A stretch of DNA of 58,059 bases, filler included, from Jimgerdemannia flammicorona (lineage: Eukaryota), in assembly GCA_003990765.1 (NCBI GenBank). It is 3 parts of 3 records of this genome, joined end to end, with 100 filler letters (N's around TTAATTAATTAA, not from the genome) between each part and the next. Parts side by side here need not be neighbours in the genome. Positions count along the whole stretch, not along the records: positions 1 to 19,287 come from RBNJ01001981.1; 2 more parts are not named here. One strand, written 5' to 3'. Both the position numbers and the translations under genes were made by a program. Of this stretch, positions 1 through 13,500 are shown one piece after another; the stretch's first letter is position 1; each line of letters begins with the position of its first letter. The notes below the pieces were generated by a model. The model was given only the letters and a program-made list of their open reading frames with translations. It did no database searches and had not been told where the DNA came from.

Positions 1-332
1 CAGCACCAGCCCTGTCTCCAGCTCTGTCTCCAACCGGCCATCCACTCCCCTTCACCTTGTCAGCAAAGCTGGAGGGGCCAGCCCTTCCCCTGTTACCACC
101 TGACACCGGTCCTCCTCCAGAGCCCTCCCCGCCCTTTGATCCTCCAAAGGCCCCCATCCCCAGGCCAAAACCCCTCCCCACCTCCTGCCAGCCGAAAGCC
201 CCAGCTCCCCCCGACCCAGTACGCCCATCGGAACTCTTGTTCGAAGACATGTTGATAGTACCTTTTCTCCTAGTAGTGTCGAAAACTGTTGCTTGAAGTC
301 TTGTGTAACGTGAATTGTACCAGAGAAAGGTG
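1..332 (-). mobile_element. Probable 5' end (5'UTR + ORF1 start) of a non-LTR retrotransposon inserted into the LTR of Gypsy copy A
   Basis: LTR similarity stops abruptly at ~333. The minus strand has an ATG at 250, then (with one frameshift) a Gly-rich stretch ending ...GPSSFADKVKG, like the SF/YA..VK motif near LINE ORF1 N-termini. It shows the same purine-rich minus-strand bias as the LINE at 39329-41598. Confidence 0.4.
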
Positions 333-827
333 TTATATATCAGTCTCAGTTCTGGCAGAAGTTAGCTAGGCTTCTGGAGTTTAGTCAGAAATACTAGAGT
401 CACTTAGATATCATTACTAAGACTCAGGGGAATGTGTGTATGTGGGGGGAACTTGATTCTTGTATTAAGGACTAAACTAAAACTGCTTTATTTTGAGTGG
501 AAACTGGGGGGTATTTATACAAGTTGGTCCACAATTTCTGACTAAGTATGAGTGACTAATTTGGTAACTATAATGAGGTTTATGATCATGATCTTTGTCA
601 GGTGGTTTTTGGCAAAAACAACTTTGTGATCAGAACCACAATTACTAGGCAATGATCAGCTACTGTGGTAACTATTGCTATGGTACCGATTGTTGGGGAT
701 AAGCTGGATATCATTTTCCACATTGTTTTGCATCATTCACATTGTTCATATGATGATGTCATCACTATCGGATCACATGATCGCTTGTCACATCTCATCT
801 ATTTGCTTGCTCATTCATTCTATTACA
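333..827 (-). repeat. 3' LTR of copy A (partial)
   Basis: Matches the other LTRs and ends ...TCTATTACA, followed by the complement of the polypurine tract. Confidence 0.9.
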
Positions 828-838
828 TCCTTCCCTCC

Positions 839-1682
839 TTAGAAATCAATGTCCTCATTGATTTGGAAATTGAGAACCAGGGGAGAGAAAGGTAGAGAAT
901 CCTCCTCTAGATTATTGCCATCTTCTTCAGTGATAGGGGGGGTGGTTGCTGATGGCTCACTGTCTAGGATAGAGAAGTCAATAAGGTCTACAAATAGTTC
1001 TTATATAGAGATGGGTGCTGGTGTGGGAGTTCTCCATCTGATGTAGTTGGGGGCCATCCAGGTAGGGTTCTTGGTCCTCATGCTAGAGAATATCCATTTG
1101 GATAGGCAGTCCTTCAAAGAGGTCAGAGAGGCCTTGGAGTCATTGGTCTGGGTTATCATTCAAGAGAGGGCTCCAGTAGAGTTTGCAGTCAGTAGACTGA
1201 AGAGAGATCTAAGAGTTGGCTTCTTGGGCTACCTTAATCTCAAGCTCATCAACCTCAGAGAAAGAGAGGTTCTGAAAGTCCTTCAGTTGAACATAGTTGA
1301 GGTTGGAGATTGCAGAGGATATATGGCACATGATTTGATGGATCTTCTTGGCAAGTTTTTGCTCATATCTGTCCAGGTAGGTCCAGTCAGAGACCTGGTC
1401 AGTAGGTAGGTCCTTTGCCTATTGGAGGAGTTGATGGCCAATTTCATATTCATACCAGATCTCTAGGCAGCTGGTGATAAGGTAGGCCCTTTCAATGACC
1501 TCATGGCAGTTAAGGACATAATGTCCTAGGTTTTGGCTGGAGAGATTAAGGGCCTCTGAGCAGCGGTTCCTTCCTTGGATAGCAACTTGGATGTATCCAA
1601 AGAGGTGGTCAACCTGGCTTGGGAGGGGCCGACTATAGTGGACAGTTTGATGGTGGATAACTAGGTTGCAGATAGCAGGCAT
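839..1682 (-). pseudogene. ORF3 (unknown function) of copy A
   Basis: MPAICNL...EIGHQLLQ...NEDIDF*, homologous to ORF3 in copies B, E and F. Carries a 15-nt in-frame insertion near the N-terminus. Confidence 0.75.
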
Positions 1683-2325
1683 TCTTATCTTATCTTTTCT
1701 TTGTAAGGAGATGGGGATGAGAGTTGCAGGGTATTCTTGTCTTGGGTATTTATACTTATTCACCCATCTAGTGTGACCTTCCTTTGGTCACACTTTTTAG
1801 TAAAATGTGTGACCTGTTGCTGTAAGCAGGGCATATACTGATCATATGAGAAAATCCTGATTTCAAAGATATTGTCACTTGTAGTTATGGTTACACAGGG
1901 TTAACAGGTCTTGGTCCTCTTTTTTTTTATCTGGTTGGTGCATTTGCAAGGACTGGCCATCTTTGTCTAGGGTGAGAGCTCCCATTGTCATGGCTGGGAG
2001 TTCGAATCTCTCAGAAATAGACTTTTCTTATAATCTGAGGCAATTCTTAGTAACAATATCTGTCACATGGATGGGCTTAGACTGGTTTCAACATTGTTGG
2101 CTTTTCTAAATTCCATATGAAGTATCTGTCATCATCTAGCAGAGATGATACAGATGGTGTGAAATGGAGTTGTTCAAATGCATTTTGCTATAATATGCTA
2201 GGCTATCCTTTACTTGGGCTTCTTCTTGTTGGTTATCCATAGTGTTCCTTTTTTCACAATGTTTGGTATTATATATTTCCAGATAAGATATGTGGTATTC
2301 TTCTACTCACTATATGCTCTAATAC

Positions 2326-5300
2326 TTAGAGCTGTAGTTCTTTCCTTTGCTGGGGAGTGAGTGTTTCTATATAGTTCTGAAGGGCTTCGCATGCATTCTT
2401 CAGGGCTTCTTCTTTTTCCCAGGTGGTATTATGAGTGGGGTAACCCTTCCACTTGATCAGGAAAAACTGCTTGACTGTTTTGGGGTATTTGTGGACCTTG
2501 TGGTTAAGGACTTCCTCAATTTCAAATTCCTCATAATTATTTATCCTAATTGGGGATGGTGGTGGAACTGTATGCTTGGGGAATAGATTCTCATGGTAGT
2601 CCACTAATTGGCTAATATGGAATACTGGGTGTACTTGAATATTGTGGGGGAGTTGCAACTTGTAGTTGACTTCACTGATTTTTTCCATAATCTTGTATGG
2701 TCCAATTCTTCTAGCACAGAGTTTCTTGGCTGATTGTTGTACTAGAGTGTCCAGGTAGAGGCAGTCTGTTCTAAGCATGACTATGTCACCAATATTGTAG
2801 GAGGCTTCTCTTCACTTCAAGTTCACATACTTGGTCTAGTAGTCTTGTGCTTCTATAAGAGCATCTCTTGTCATTTGCATAAGGTCAGAAATGGTTTTGG
2901 CCAGATCTTGGGCTGCTGGGACTACTGATTTTGCAGTAGTACTCAGGGTCCTTGGGTGTTGACCATGGTTTAGGAAGAATGAAGTCTTCTTTATAGAGGT
3001 TTGCTGACTATTGTTGTAGGCAAACTCAGCATGGGCTAAGTACTTGTCTCAATCATTTTGCTTATAACAGCAGAAGATGCTAAGCATCTGTTTGAGAGTC
3101 CTGTTGGTTCACTCAGTTTGACCATCAGTCTGAAGGTGGTAGGCAGTAGAGAACTTCAGCTTGGTTCCATGGAGAGAGAAGAATACCTTCCAGAAGTTGT
3201 TTGTAAACTTGGCATCTCAGTCAGATACAATAGTACTAGGCATGCTATGTAGTCTGAATACTTGATTGAGGAAAATCTCAGCAATCTCTGGTGCTATAGC
3301 AGTGGTCTTGGTTTGTGCAAAATGAGCTTGCTTACTTAGGTGGTCCATGAATACCACAATGGCATCCCATCCTGCCTTGGTTTTGGGGAGTTGAACAATG
3401 AAGTCCATTGCAATCTGATCCCAGTTATGGCTTGAGATAGACAAGGGTTGCAAGAGTCCTGCTAGTAGCTTGTTACCACTTTTGAATCTTTGGCACATCT
3501 CGCATGAGGCCATAAAGTCTTTGATGTCCTTGGTCATCTTTGGTCAGTAAAACTCTCTTGAGAGGAGGTTGTAGGTCTTTTCAAAACCAAAGTGTCCTGC
3601 TGCAGGAGTGTTATGGAGTTCCTGCATAATCTTGAGTTATAGAGTATCATTGTTGGGTATAATGACTCTATTATAGTCTCTGTAGATAAGTCCATCATGG
3701 TAAGAGAATCTCTTGGCCATTTATCTCATAGGTTCTGGGACCTTGGCTTCTGAGTCTTGGCAGAATTGAAGGAATTTCATCAGGGAGCTATCTTGCTGGT
3801 AGCCATCCTTGATTATTTGGGTGAGGTCTCCAATTACCTCAACCATAAAGACAAGTACATCTTCCATATACCTAGAGAAACCATCAGCCACATGGTTGGT
3901 TTTGCCAGGGATATACTTGATTTCTATATCAAAATTGACAATGATTTCCATCCAGTGGACTTGTCTGTAGGTCAGCATGGGCTGTGTGTAAATATACTAC
4001 AGTGTATAGTAGTCAGTGTAGGCCACAAATGGCTGTCCTAGGAGGAAATAGCACCATTCCTAGAGTGCAGTAATAATGGCCAGGAGTTCCTTCTCAAGGG
4101 TGGTGTACCAGGTCTTAGCTGGCTTGAGCTTCTGGGAAAGGTAGGCCACTGGGCAGTCTTCTTGGCTGAGCACTGCTCTAATAGTGATGTCGGAGGCATC
4201 TGTGGTCAGGATGAATGGTCTGGTAGGGTTAGGTGCAATTAGCACTAGGGCCTCAGTAAGGAGTCTCTTGAGATGGTCCATAGCCAGGGTGTATTCAGGA
4301 GTCCATTCAGTTTTGATGTTCACTCTTTTGCAGACCAGGCTGGTCAGTGGAGCTGCAATAGCAGAGTATCCTTGGATAAACCTTTGGTAATACCTGACAA
4401 TACCCAGAAAGCACTGGAGTAGCTTGAGGATTATGGGGATAGGGATATCTTTAAGGGCTGATATCTTTCAGGGATCTACATTGATACCTTCAGCAGAGAT
4501 AATATGTCCTAGGTATTCAATCTGGTCCTGATAGAACTTGTACTTACTCATCTTGGCATAGAGCTGGTGTTCTTGCAGAAGGGTCAGTATCTGTCTGAGG
4601 TGGGCATAGTATAGCTCTACTGTCTCACTGTAGATTAGTATATCATCAATATATATAAGGACACAGATGTTGAGGAGTGGTCCAAAGATGTCATTCATCA
4701 GATACTGGAATGTTGCTGGTGTATTGGTCAATCCAAAGGGTATGACTCAGAACTGATAGTGTCCAAACTGTATTCAGAAAGCTGTCTTCTCAATGTCCTT
4801 CTCATCAATAAGAATCTGGTGATAGCCATTTCATAAGTCTAATAGGGAAAAGGTCTTGGCCTTGAAGATTTGATGTAGCAACTCATCAATCCTAGGCAAG
4901 GCATACTGGTTCTTGAGGGTGATCTTATTGAGGGCTCTGTAGTCAATATACATTCACAGAGAGCCATCCTTCTTCTTGACAAATAGAATAGGGGCTCCAA
5001 ATAAAGAGCAGCTGGGTTCAATGTATCCTTGGGTCAGTAGTTTGGTCAACTCATCCTTGAGGGTCTTGAGTTCAGGTTGGGCCAGTTGATAGATACTCTT
5101 GTATGGGGGTTCAGATCCTGGAATAAGATCAATTCCATGTTGGATTTGGCACTTGAGTAGGAGTCCTTGGGGGTCTTGGAATACATCTTGGAATTCTTCA
5201 AACAGTTCTTGAGCTTCTGTTGGGATTGGGCTACTTGTAGCTTTAGTGACTTCTTGTACTGTATAGATGAAGTAGGTGTTTCCCTTTTTTTGAGAGAGTC

Positions 5301-8220
5301 TCTTCATTTGAATGGCAGAGATGATTTCAATTCCTTGGTGGTTGGTATCTTCTTATAGTGTCAGGGTGATCTTTCTGCCTTCATGGGTCAGGTTAACCTC
5401 ATTGGTTCTCCAGTTGATGTCTGGGTTATACTGGGTCAACCAGGCTTTTCCTAAGATAATATCTTGCCCTGAGAGGTCTATAATACTGAAGTCCAACTTC
5501 TCTTGATATTTGCCAATCTTGAGCAAGAGATCCTTACAGATCTTGGTCAATAGTGCAGTTTTTCCATCACCAAAGGTAACATTTCTTTTCTCAGTGGCTG
5601 GTCTGCTTCAGGCTCCAATCCTCTTAGCAGTCTTTGTGCTGATGTAGTTTCTAGTAGTACTACTATCAAGCAAGAAATTGACATTCTGTCTGTGGACTTA
5701 GCCTGTGAACTTGATGCAACTGTCCTCCTTCTTGATGGTGTTGAGCTCTTCATCTTCATTGTTATTGTCCCAATTGCTATCAGTCTCCTCGAAGTCAGTT
5801 TCTCTTCATCCTTCATAAGGAGGGTTGTCTTGTTTGGGTTCCTCAGTCTGTTGAGCTTGGCATTTCTTGGATTGAATTTTGAAAACTTTAGAGAGGCATG
5901 CATGGCATTCACTAACATATTCCATGCAGTACATTCAAATAGAATGAGGGCATCATCCACATAGTGCATAACCATCTGCAATTCTCTTATACCAGTTTTC
6001 ATCATCTTCCTTCATGGTAGTGACCTTTTGACTGGGAGGTTTGTTGGTTGATCTAAACCCTTTCTTGCCACGGTCTGTCTGGGAGAGTTCGGGGACTTCT
6101 TCAATAGTGAGATCTTGATAGATTTCTTCAATAATTGCTTGGGCCTGTTTTGACTTCAAATGATGTATCTCCAAAATTTCGCAAGTTGACATAGATTTTT
6201 CCAGTAAATCTTTGATCAACTACTCCTCCTCCTAGCCCAATGTTGAACTCTTTGACTAGGCTGCTTCACTCAGTAAGGCAGATGTATGTATCTTTGGGAG
6301 CTTGCATTGCAATCTCTGTTCGCACTGTAGTATTGGTAGTTGGTGGAATTGTGAGGTCTTGGCTACTGTAGAGGTCATATCCAGCATTGGTTAGGTGGGC
6401 CTTAGTGGGGATGGTAGCCTTGTACCATATCTTCTGTACTTTGATGATATTCTTGAGGTTCTTCTTTCCTGGACCTTCTCTAATAACAATAATGTTCTGG
6501 TTACTGGGTTTGCCTGTTCTGTTCTTCTTCTCAGGGTATCTGAATGAGATATGTCCTGCCTTTTTGCAGATGAAGCACAATCCTTTTTCACAGAGCTGCT
6601 TCTTTTCATCCTCAGTGGGAGGTCTGGGTCCTCTGGGGTTTCACTGGTTCCTTTGATCATATCTTTAGTTACTCCTTTGGTTATTTCTTCTGGTAGGATT
6701 CCTTCTATATTGGTTATCCTTCTTGTATTCTTGATTTCATGGGGCTTATGCAGCAAGGATTTCATGGGCTCTTCTTTGTACTTGGGCAAAGCACCATGAG
6801 TAGTGGGGGCATCCTTGGGGAAGACCTTGTTTCTTGATCTTCTGGGTGAGCCAGTCTGGTAGGGCTGCAAAAAGGTGGTTGGCTCTGGTACCATTGATGG
6901 CCAAATTGTTCTCCTGGTAGATAAGTCCAATGGTTTTGAGGTAGGCATCCATTCTGGTGGCAAAAGTCTCTAGATCCTCTTTGCCATTCTTGTGAAACTT
7001 CATCTGGGAGAGCTTGTTCCAAGTTTCTTGTATGTAGGCTGCATTTCAGAATTTAGTCAGTAGCAAGGCCTTGAGTCCTGGACCTACTTCATAGTCATCC
7101 CAACCTGGTCTATTATTGGCAGGTACTTGTCTATTGACTTGAGGGTGGATTTCCCAGGTTACTGAGTATTGTTCCAAGGTTTGCCAGAATTTGGCTGCTG
7201 TTCCAGTGAAGAATATGGCTACTGTTTCTACTTGTGCTGCTGATGTAGCAAATAGTTGTTGAAGGGTGCTGTTCTGGTTATTGGTGAGCATTCCTATAGG
7301 CACTTGGTTATCATTCCATTGGTTTGCTCAGTAGTCTGTATTAACTGCATTGATGAAGTTTTCAATATTGCTATTTTTTCCACTAAATGTTAGGATTCAC
7401 AAGGTCTTGGTTGACTTGTTCTATTCAGCAATCTGTCCTACTATCCCTGCTAGTGCCACTAGCTGGATAGTCAATGCTGCAATGTTGACATCTACCATTG
7501 TATTGACTATTGGTGGTGGGCCTATTGGGGTAGAATCTCCTGAAGATTGTTCTGCTTGGTGGGGTTGTGGTACTGTATGACTTAGGGTTACTTGATTCCT
7601 GGATATCAGGTTAAAGAGTCCTGTGAGAGAGAGTAAACCAAACCTCTGTATAGATAGCTGAATTGGTTCTGGGGTCTGATCTTCTTGACCTGTGGTTCCT
7701 TGGTAAATTCCTAGGCCTGTTGTTCCTTATTAGCTATCATCAGACTGATAACCAGTAGAGTCTTCATCTGACTCCCTTCCCTGATGAGATAGTGCATTCT
7801 CGTACTGACTAGGTCCTTCAAAGAGGATATCAGTCTCTGGCTGAGTAGATGGACCTGTTCCTTGTTCAGCAGTAGGGGATGGTTGGTCTGCTTGCTTGTT
7901 CTCATACCTAGTTATGGCAGAGACATAGTATACAACTAGCCTGTAGTAGAGGGAGGTCTTGGTAGGGGTATGATGATATCTGTTAGAGGCAATCCACTTG
8001 GCAGCTGCTTCTCTTACAGCAGGGGGTGTGATATAATCTAGAAAATCCTGAGTGGCTGTAGTAGTAGATTCTGGGGTCCTAGTAGTTCCAATGTGTCCTT
8101 GGAGGAGTTCATAGAACCTATGGTAGCTGACAATATTTCTAAGTCCTGGATGGTATGTCCTAAAGACCTGGTATAGATTCTTGTAAGCCTGGTCAATTAC
8201 AAGCTGGTGGGTCCTTGGAT
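2326..8220 (-). pseudogene. Degenerate gag-dUTPase-pro-pol-chromodomain polyprotein of copy A
   Basis: Fragments: CFICKKAGH zinc knuckle, AGYDL dUTPase, YIDD RT, TDAS RNase H, CxxC + MDF integrase, KWKGY chromodomain. Many C>T-type stops. Confidence 0.9.
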
Positions 8221-8225
8221 CTGTG

Positions 8226-9042
8226 TGTAATAACTCTCACTTCTACCCCTCTCTTATCCTTAGGATAATTAGGGAAGTGGACTATTACTTAGGGACTTAG
8301 TACACAATATGTACCAAGAAGCCTTCAGTTTGAGGAAGCACTTGCTTAAAGTAGTTGTAGCAGCAGTGTCTTATCTTTCAAAGGTCTTTCTTGGGTTTGC
8401 CTTCTATTTCAAAGGTCTTTCTCTTGTGTCCTATTTTGAGGGTCTTGTTCTTTGCTGTGCACAGACTGAATTCACCTTGGAATTCAGGTTCAATGGGTTT
8501 ACTTAAGTCTTTGGGGATTTATATACAAGTCTCAGTTCTGGTAGAAGTTAGCTAGGCTTCTGGAGTTTAGTCAGAAACACTAGAGTCACTTAGGTGTCAT
8601 TACTAAGACTCAGGAGAATGTGTGTATGTGGGGGGGGGACTTGATTCTTGTATCAAGGACTGAACTAAAACTGGTTTATTTCGGATGGAAAACTGGGGGG
8701 TATTTAGACAAGTTGGTCTGTGATTTCTGACTAAGTATGAGTGACTAATTTGGTAACTATAATGAGGTTTGTGATCACAACCTTTGTCAGGTGGTTTTTG
8801 GTAAAGAATATATTTATGATTAGGACCTCAATTACTAGGCAATGATCAGTAGCTGTGGCAACTGTTACTGTAGCGCCGATTATTGGGGATAAGCTGGATA
8901 TCATTTTCTGCATCATTTCACATCGTTTGTTCATTATTCATATGCCGCGCTTGATCATATAGTAATGTCATTGCCCGCTGGGTCATGTGATTGCTCATCG
9001 TTTGTCGCATCTCATCTGTTTGCACTCTTTCATTCTATTACA
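8226..9042 (-). repeat. 3' LTR of copy B
   Basis: TGTAATAACT...TCTATTACA termini, with PPT complement adjacent at 9043-9055. Confidence 0.93.
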
Positions 9043-9053
9043 TCCTTTCCCCC

Positions 9054-9881
9054 TTAGAAATCAATATCCTCGTTGATTGAGAAGTTGAGAACCAGGGGAG
9101 AGAAAGGTGGGGAATCCTCCTCAGGGTTGTTACCATCTTCTTCAGGGGCAGGGGGGGTGGTTACTGGTGGCTTGCTGTCCAGGATGGAGAAGTCAATGAG
9201 GTCTGCAAATGGTTCTTGCATTGGAATAGGTACTGGTGTAGGGGTTCTCCATCTGATGCAGTGGGGGCCATCCAAGTAGGGTTCTTGGTCTTCATGCCTG
9301 GGAATATCTATTCAGATAGGTGGTCCTTCAAAGAGGTCAGAGAGACCTTGGAGCCATTGGTCAGTGTTGTCATTCAGGAGGGGGTTCCAGTAGGGTTTGC
9401 AGTCAGTAGACTTGAGGGCAATCCAGGAGTTGGCTTCTTGGGCAACCTTGACTTCTAGGACATCAACCTCAGGGAAAGAGAGGTTCTGGAAGTTCTTCAG
9501 TTGTATGTAGTTGAGGTTGGAGATCATGAAGGGTGCATGGTGCATGATTTGATGGACCTTCTTGGCAAGTCTTTGCTTGTGCCTATCTAGGTGAGTCCAG
9601 TCAGAGACCTGGTCCATGGGTAGGCCACTTGTATGTCAGAGAAGCTGGTGACCGATTTCATATTCATGCCAGATTTCTAGGTGGCTGGTAGTGAGGTAGG
9701 CCCTTTCAATAATTTCACAGCAGTCAAGAACATACTGTCCTAGGTCTGGGCTGGAGAGGTTAAGGACCTCTGAGCAGTGGTTCCTTCCTTGGATAGCAAC
9801 CTGAATGTGTCCAAAGAGGCAGTCAACCTGGCTTGGGAGGGGCTGGCTATGGCAGGCAGTTTGGCAGCGGGTGGCAGGCAT
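9054..9881 (-). pseudogene. ORF3 of copy B (828 nt)
   Basis: ORF-track pieces 9636-9962, 9312-9617 and 9054-9275 are one frame, broken only by transition-type stops. Confidence 0.8.
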
Positions 9882-10523
9882 TCTTGTCTTGTCTTTTCTT
9901 TGTGAGAAGAGGGGGATGAGAGTTGCAGGGTATTCTTGCCTTGGGTATTTATACTTATTCACCTATCTGATGTAACCTTTCTTTGGTCATGCTTTCTGGC
10001 AAAATGCATGACCTGTGCTGTAAGCAGAGCATGTGCTGGTCATATGAGAAAATCCTGATTTCAAAGATCTCGTCACCCGTCTGTGGTTACACAGGGTTAA
10101 CAGGTCTTGGTCCACTTTTTTTTTGTCTGGTTGGCACATTTGCGGGGACTGGCCATCCTTGTCTAGAGCAAGGGCTCCCATTGTCGTGGCTGGGGGTTCG
10201 AACCTCTTGGAAATAGACTTTCTTGTAATCTGAGACAATTCTTAGTAATAATATCTGTCATGTGGATGGACTTAGACTGGTTTTGACATTGTCAGCTTTC
10301 CTAAGTTTCACATGAAGTATCTGTCATCATCCAGCGGAGATGATACAGATGGCATGAAATGGAGTTGTTCAAATACATTTTGCTATATTATACTAGATTG
10401 TTCTTTTGCTCAGATATCTTCTTGTTGGTTATCCATAGTGTTCCTTTTTTCACAATGTTTGGTATTATATGTTTCCAGATAAAAATATGGGGTATCCTTC
10501 TGCTCGCTGTGTGCTTCCTATGC

Positions 10524-13500
10524 TTAGAGCTGTAGTTCCTTTCTTTGCTGGGGGGTAAGTGTTTCCATATAGTCCTAGAGGACTTTGCGTACATTTTTCA
10601 GGGCTTCTTCTTTTTCCCAGGTGGCATCATGGGTGGGGTAACCCTTCCACTTGATCAGGAAAAAGCACTTGACTGTTTTGGGATATTTGCAGACCTTGTG
10701 GTCAAGTACTTCCTCAATTTTGAATTCCTTGTGATCATTGATCCTAATTGGGGGTGGTGGTGGAACTGTATGCTTGGGGAATGGGTTCTCATAGTAGTCC
10801 ACCAATTGGCTGATATGGAATACTGCATATACTTGAATATTATGGGGAAGTTGCAACTTGTAGTTGACTTTGCTGATTTTTTCCACAATCTTGTATGGTC
10901 TAATTCTTCTAGCATAGAGATTCTTGGCTGGTTGTTGTACCAGGGTGTCTGGGTGGAGGTGGTCTGTTCTAAGTATGACCTTGTTACCAATATTGTAGGA
11001 GGCTTCTCTTTGCTTCAAATTTGCATACTTGGTCTGGTAGTCTTGTGCTTCTATGAGAGCATCTCTTATCATTCACGTAAGGTCAGAAATGGTCTCGGCC
11101 AGATCTTGGGCTGCTGGGACTGCTGATTTCACAGTAGTACTAGGGGTTCTTGGGTGTTGATCATGGTTCAGGAAGAATGGAGTCTTCTTTGTGGAGGTTT
11201 GCTGACTGTTGTTGTAGGCAAACTCAGCATGGGCTAGGTACTTGTCTCAATCATTTTACTTGTAACAGCAGAAGATGCTAAGCATCTGTTTGAGAGTCCT
11301 GTTGGTTCGCTCAGTTTGACTGTCAGTCTGAGGGTGGTAGGCAGCAGAGAACTTCAGCTTGGTTCCATGGAGGGAGAAAAATGCCTTCCAGAAATTGCTT
11401 GTGAACTTGGCATCTCAGTCAGATACAATTGTGCTAGACATGCCATGTAGCCTGAATACTTGATTGAGGAAAATCTTGGCAATCTCTGGTGCTGTAGCGG
11501 TAGTCTTGGTGGATACAAAATGGACTTGTTTAATTAGGTGGTCCACAAATACCACAATGGCATCCCATCCTGCCTTGGTCTTGGGGAGTTGGACAATGAA
11601 GTCCATCACAATCTGGTCCCAATTGTGGCTCAGGATAGGCAAGGGTTGCAGGAGTCCTGCTGGTAGCTTGTTACCATTTTTGAACCTTTGGCATATCTCA
11701 CATGAGGCCACAAAGTCTTTGATATCCTTGGTCATCTTTGGCTAGTAGAACTCTCTTGAGAGGAGGTTGTAGGTCTTTTCAAAACCAAAGTGTCCTGCTG
11801 CAGGAGTATCATGGAGTTCCTGCATGATTTTAAGTCACAGAGTATCATTGTTGGGTACAACTACTCTGTCATGGTCCCTGTAGACAAGTCCATCATGGTA
11901 GGTGAATCTCTTGGCCATTTGCCTCATGGGTTCTAGAACCTTGGCCTCTGGGTCTTGGCAGAATTGAAGGAAATTCATCAGGGGGCTGTCTTGCTGGTAG
12001 CCCTCCTTGATCATTTGGGTAAGGTCTCCAATTACTTCGACCATGAAGACAAGTTTGTCTTCCATGTACCTGGAGAAACCATCAGCCACACAGTTGGTTT
12101 TGCCTGGAATATACTTGATTTCTATATCAAAGTTGGCAATGATTTCCATCCAGTGGGCTTGTCTGTGGGTCAGCATAGGCTGTATGTGAATATACCACAG
12201 TGCATGGTGATCAGTGTAGGCTACAAATGGCTATCCTAGGAGGAAATGGTACCATTCTTGGAGTGCAGTGACAATAGCCAGGAGTTTCTTCTCATGGGTG
12301 GTACATATACCAGGTCTCAGCTGGCTTGAGCTTTTGGGAAAGGTAGGCCACTGGGCAGTCTTCTTGGCTGAGCACTGCTCCAATAGCAATGTCAGAGGCA
12401 TCTGTGGTCAGAGTGAATGGTCTGGTAGGATTAGGTGCAATTAGCACTGGGGCCTCGGTAAGGAGTCTCTTGAGATAGTCCATAGCCAGGGTGTATTCAG
12501 GGGTCCATTCAGCTTTGATGTTCACTCCTTTACGGGCCAGGTTGGTCAATGGGGCTGCAATAGTAGAGTATCCTTGGATAAACCTTCAGTAATAACTGGC
12601 AATACCCAGAAAGCGCTAGAGTAGCTTGAGGGTAGTAGGGATAGGGATATCCTTGAGGGCTGATATCTTTCGGGGGTCCATGTTGATACCTTCAGCAGAG
12701 ATGATGTGTCCTAAGTACTCAATCTGGTCTTAGTAGAACTTACACTTGCTCATCTTGGCATAGAGCTAGTGTTCTTGCAGAAGGGTCAGTACTTGTCTAA
12801 GGTGGGTGTAGTGTAGCTCTACTGTCTCACTGTAGATTAGTATATCATCAATATACACAAGGACACAGATGTTGAGGAGTGGTCCAAAGATATCATTCAT
12901 CAGATACTGGAATGTTGCTGGTGCATTGGTCAATCCAAAAGGCATGACTCAGAACTGGTAGTATCCAAACTGTGTTTGGAAAGCTGTCTTCTCAATGTCC
13001 TTCTCATTAATGAGAATCTGGTGGTAGCCATTTCACAAATCCAGTAGAGAAAAGGTCTTGGCCTTGAAGATTTGGTATAGTAACTCATCAATCCTGAGCA
13101 AGGCATATCAGTTCTTGATAGTGATCTTGTTGAGGGCTCTGTAGTCAATACATATTCACAGAGAGCCATTCTTCTTCTTGACAAATAGAATGGGGGCTCC
13201 AAATAGAGAGCAGTTGGGTTCAATATATCCTTGGGCCAGTAGTTTGGTCAACTCATCCTTGAGGGTCTTGAGCTCAGATTGGGCCAGTTGGTAGATACTC
13301 TTGTATGGGGGTTCAGATTCTGGGATAAGATCAATTCCATGTTGGATTTGGTACTTGGGTGGGAGTCCTTGAGGGTCTTGGAATACATCTTGGAATTCTT
13401 CAAACAGTTCTTGTGCTTCTGTTGGAATTGGGCTACTTGTGGCTTCAGTGACTTCTTGTACTATACAGATGAAGTAGGTGTTTCCCTTTTTTTGAGAGAG

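Noticed and set aside
57..296. Pro-rich plus-strand ORF as a gene
   Set aside because: Better explained as the reverse complement of a Gly-rich minus-strand ORF start; it begins at TTG and has low complexity.
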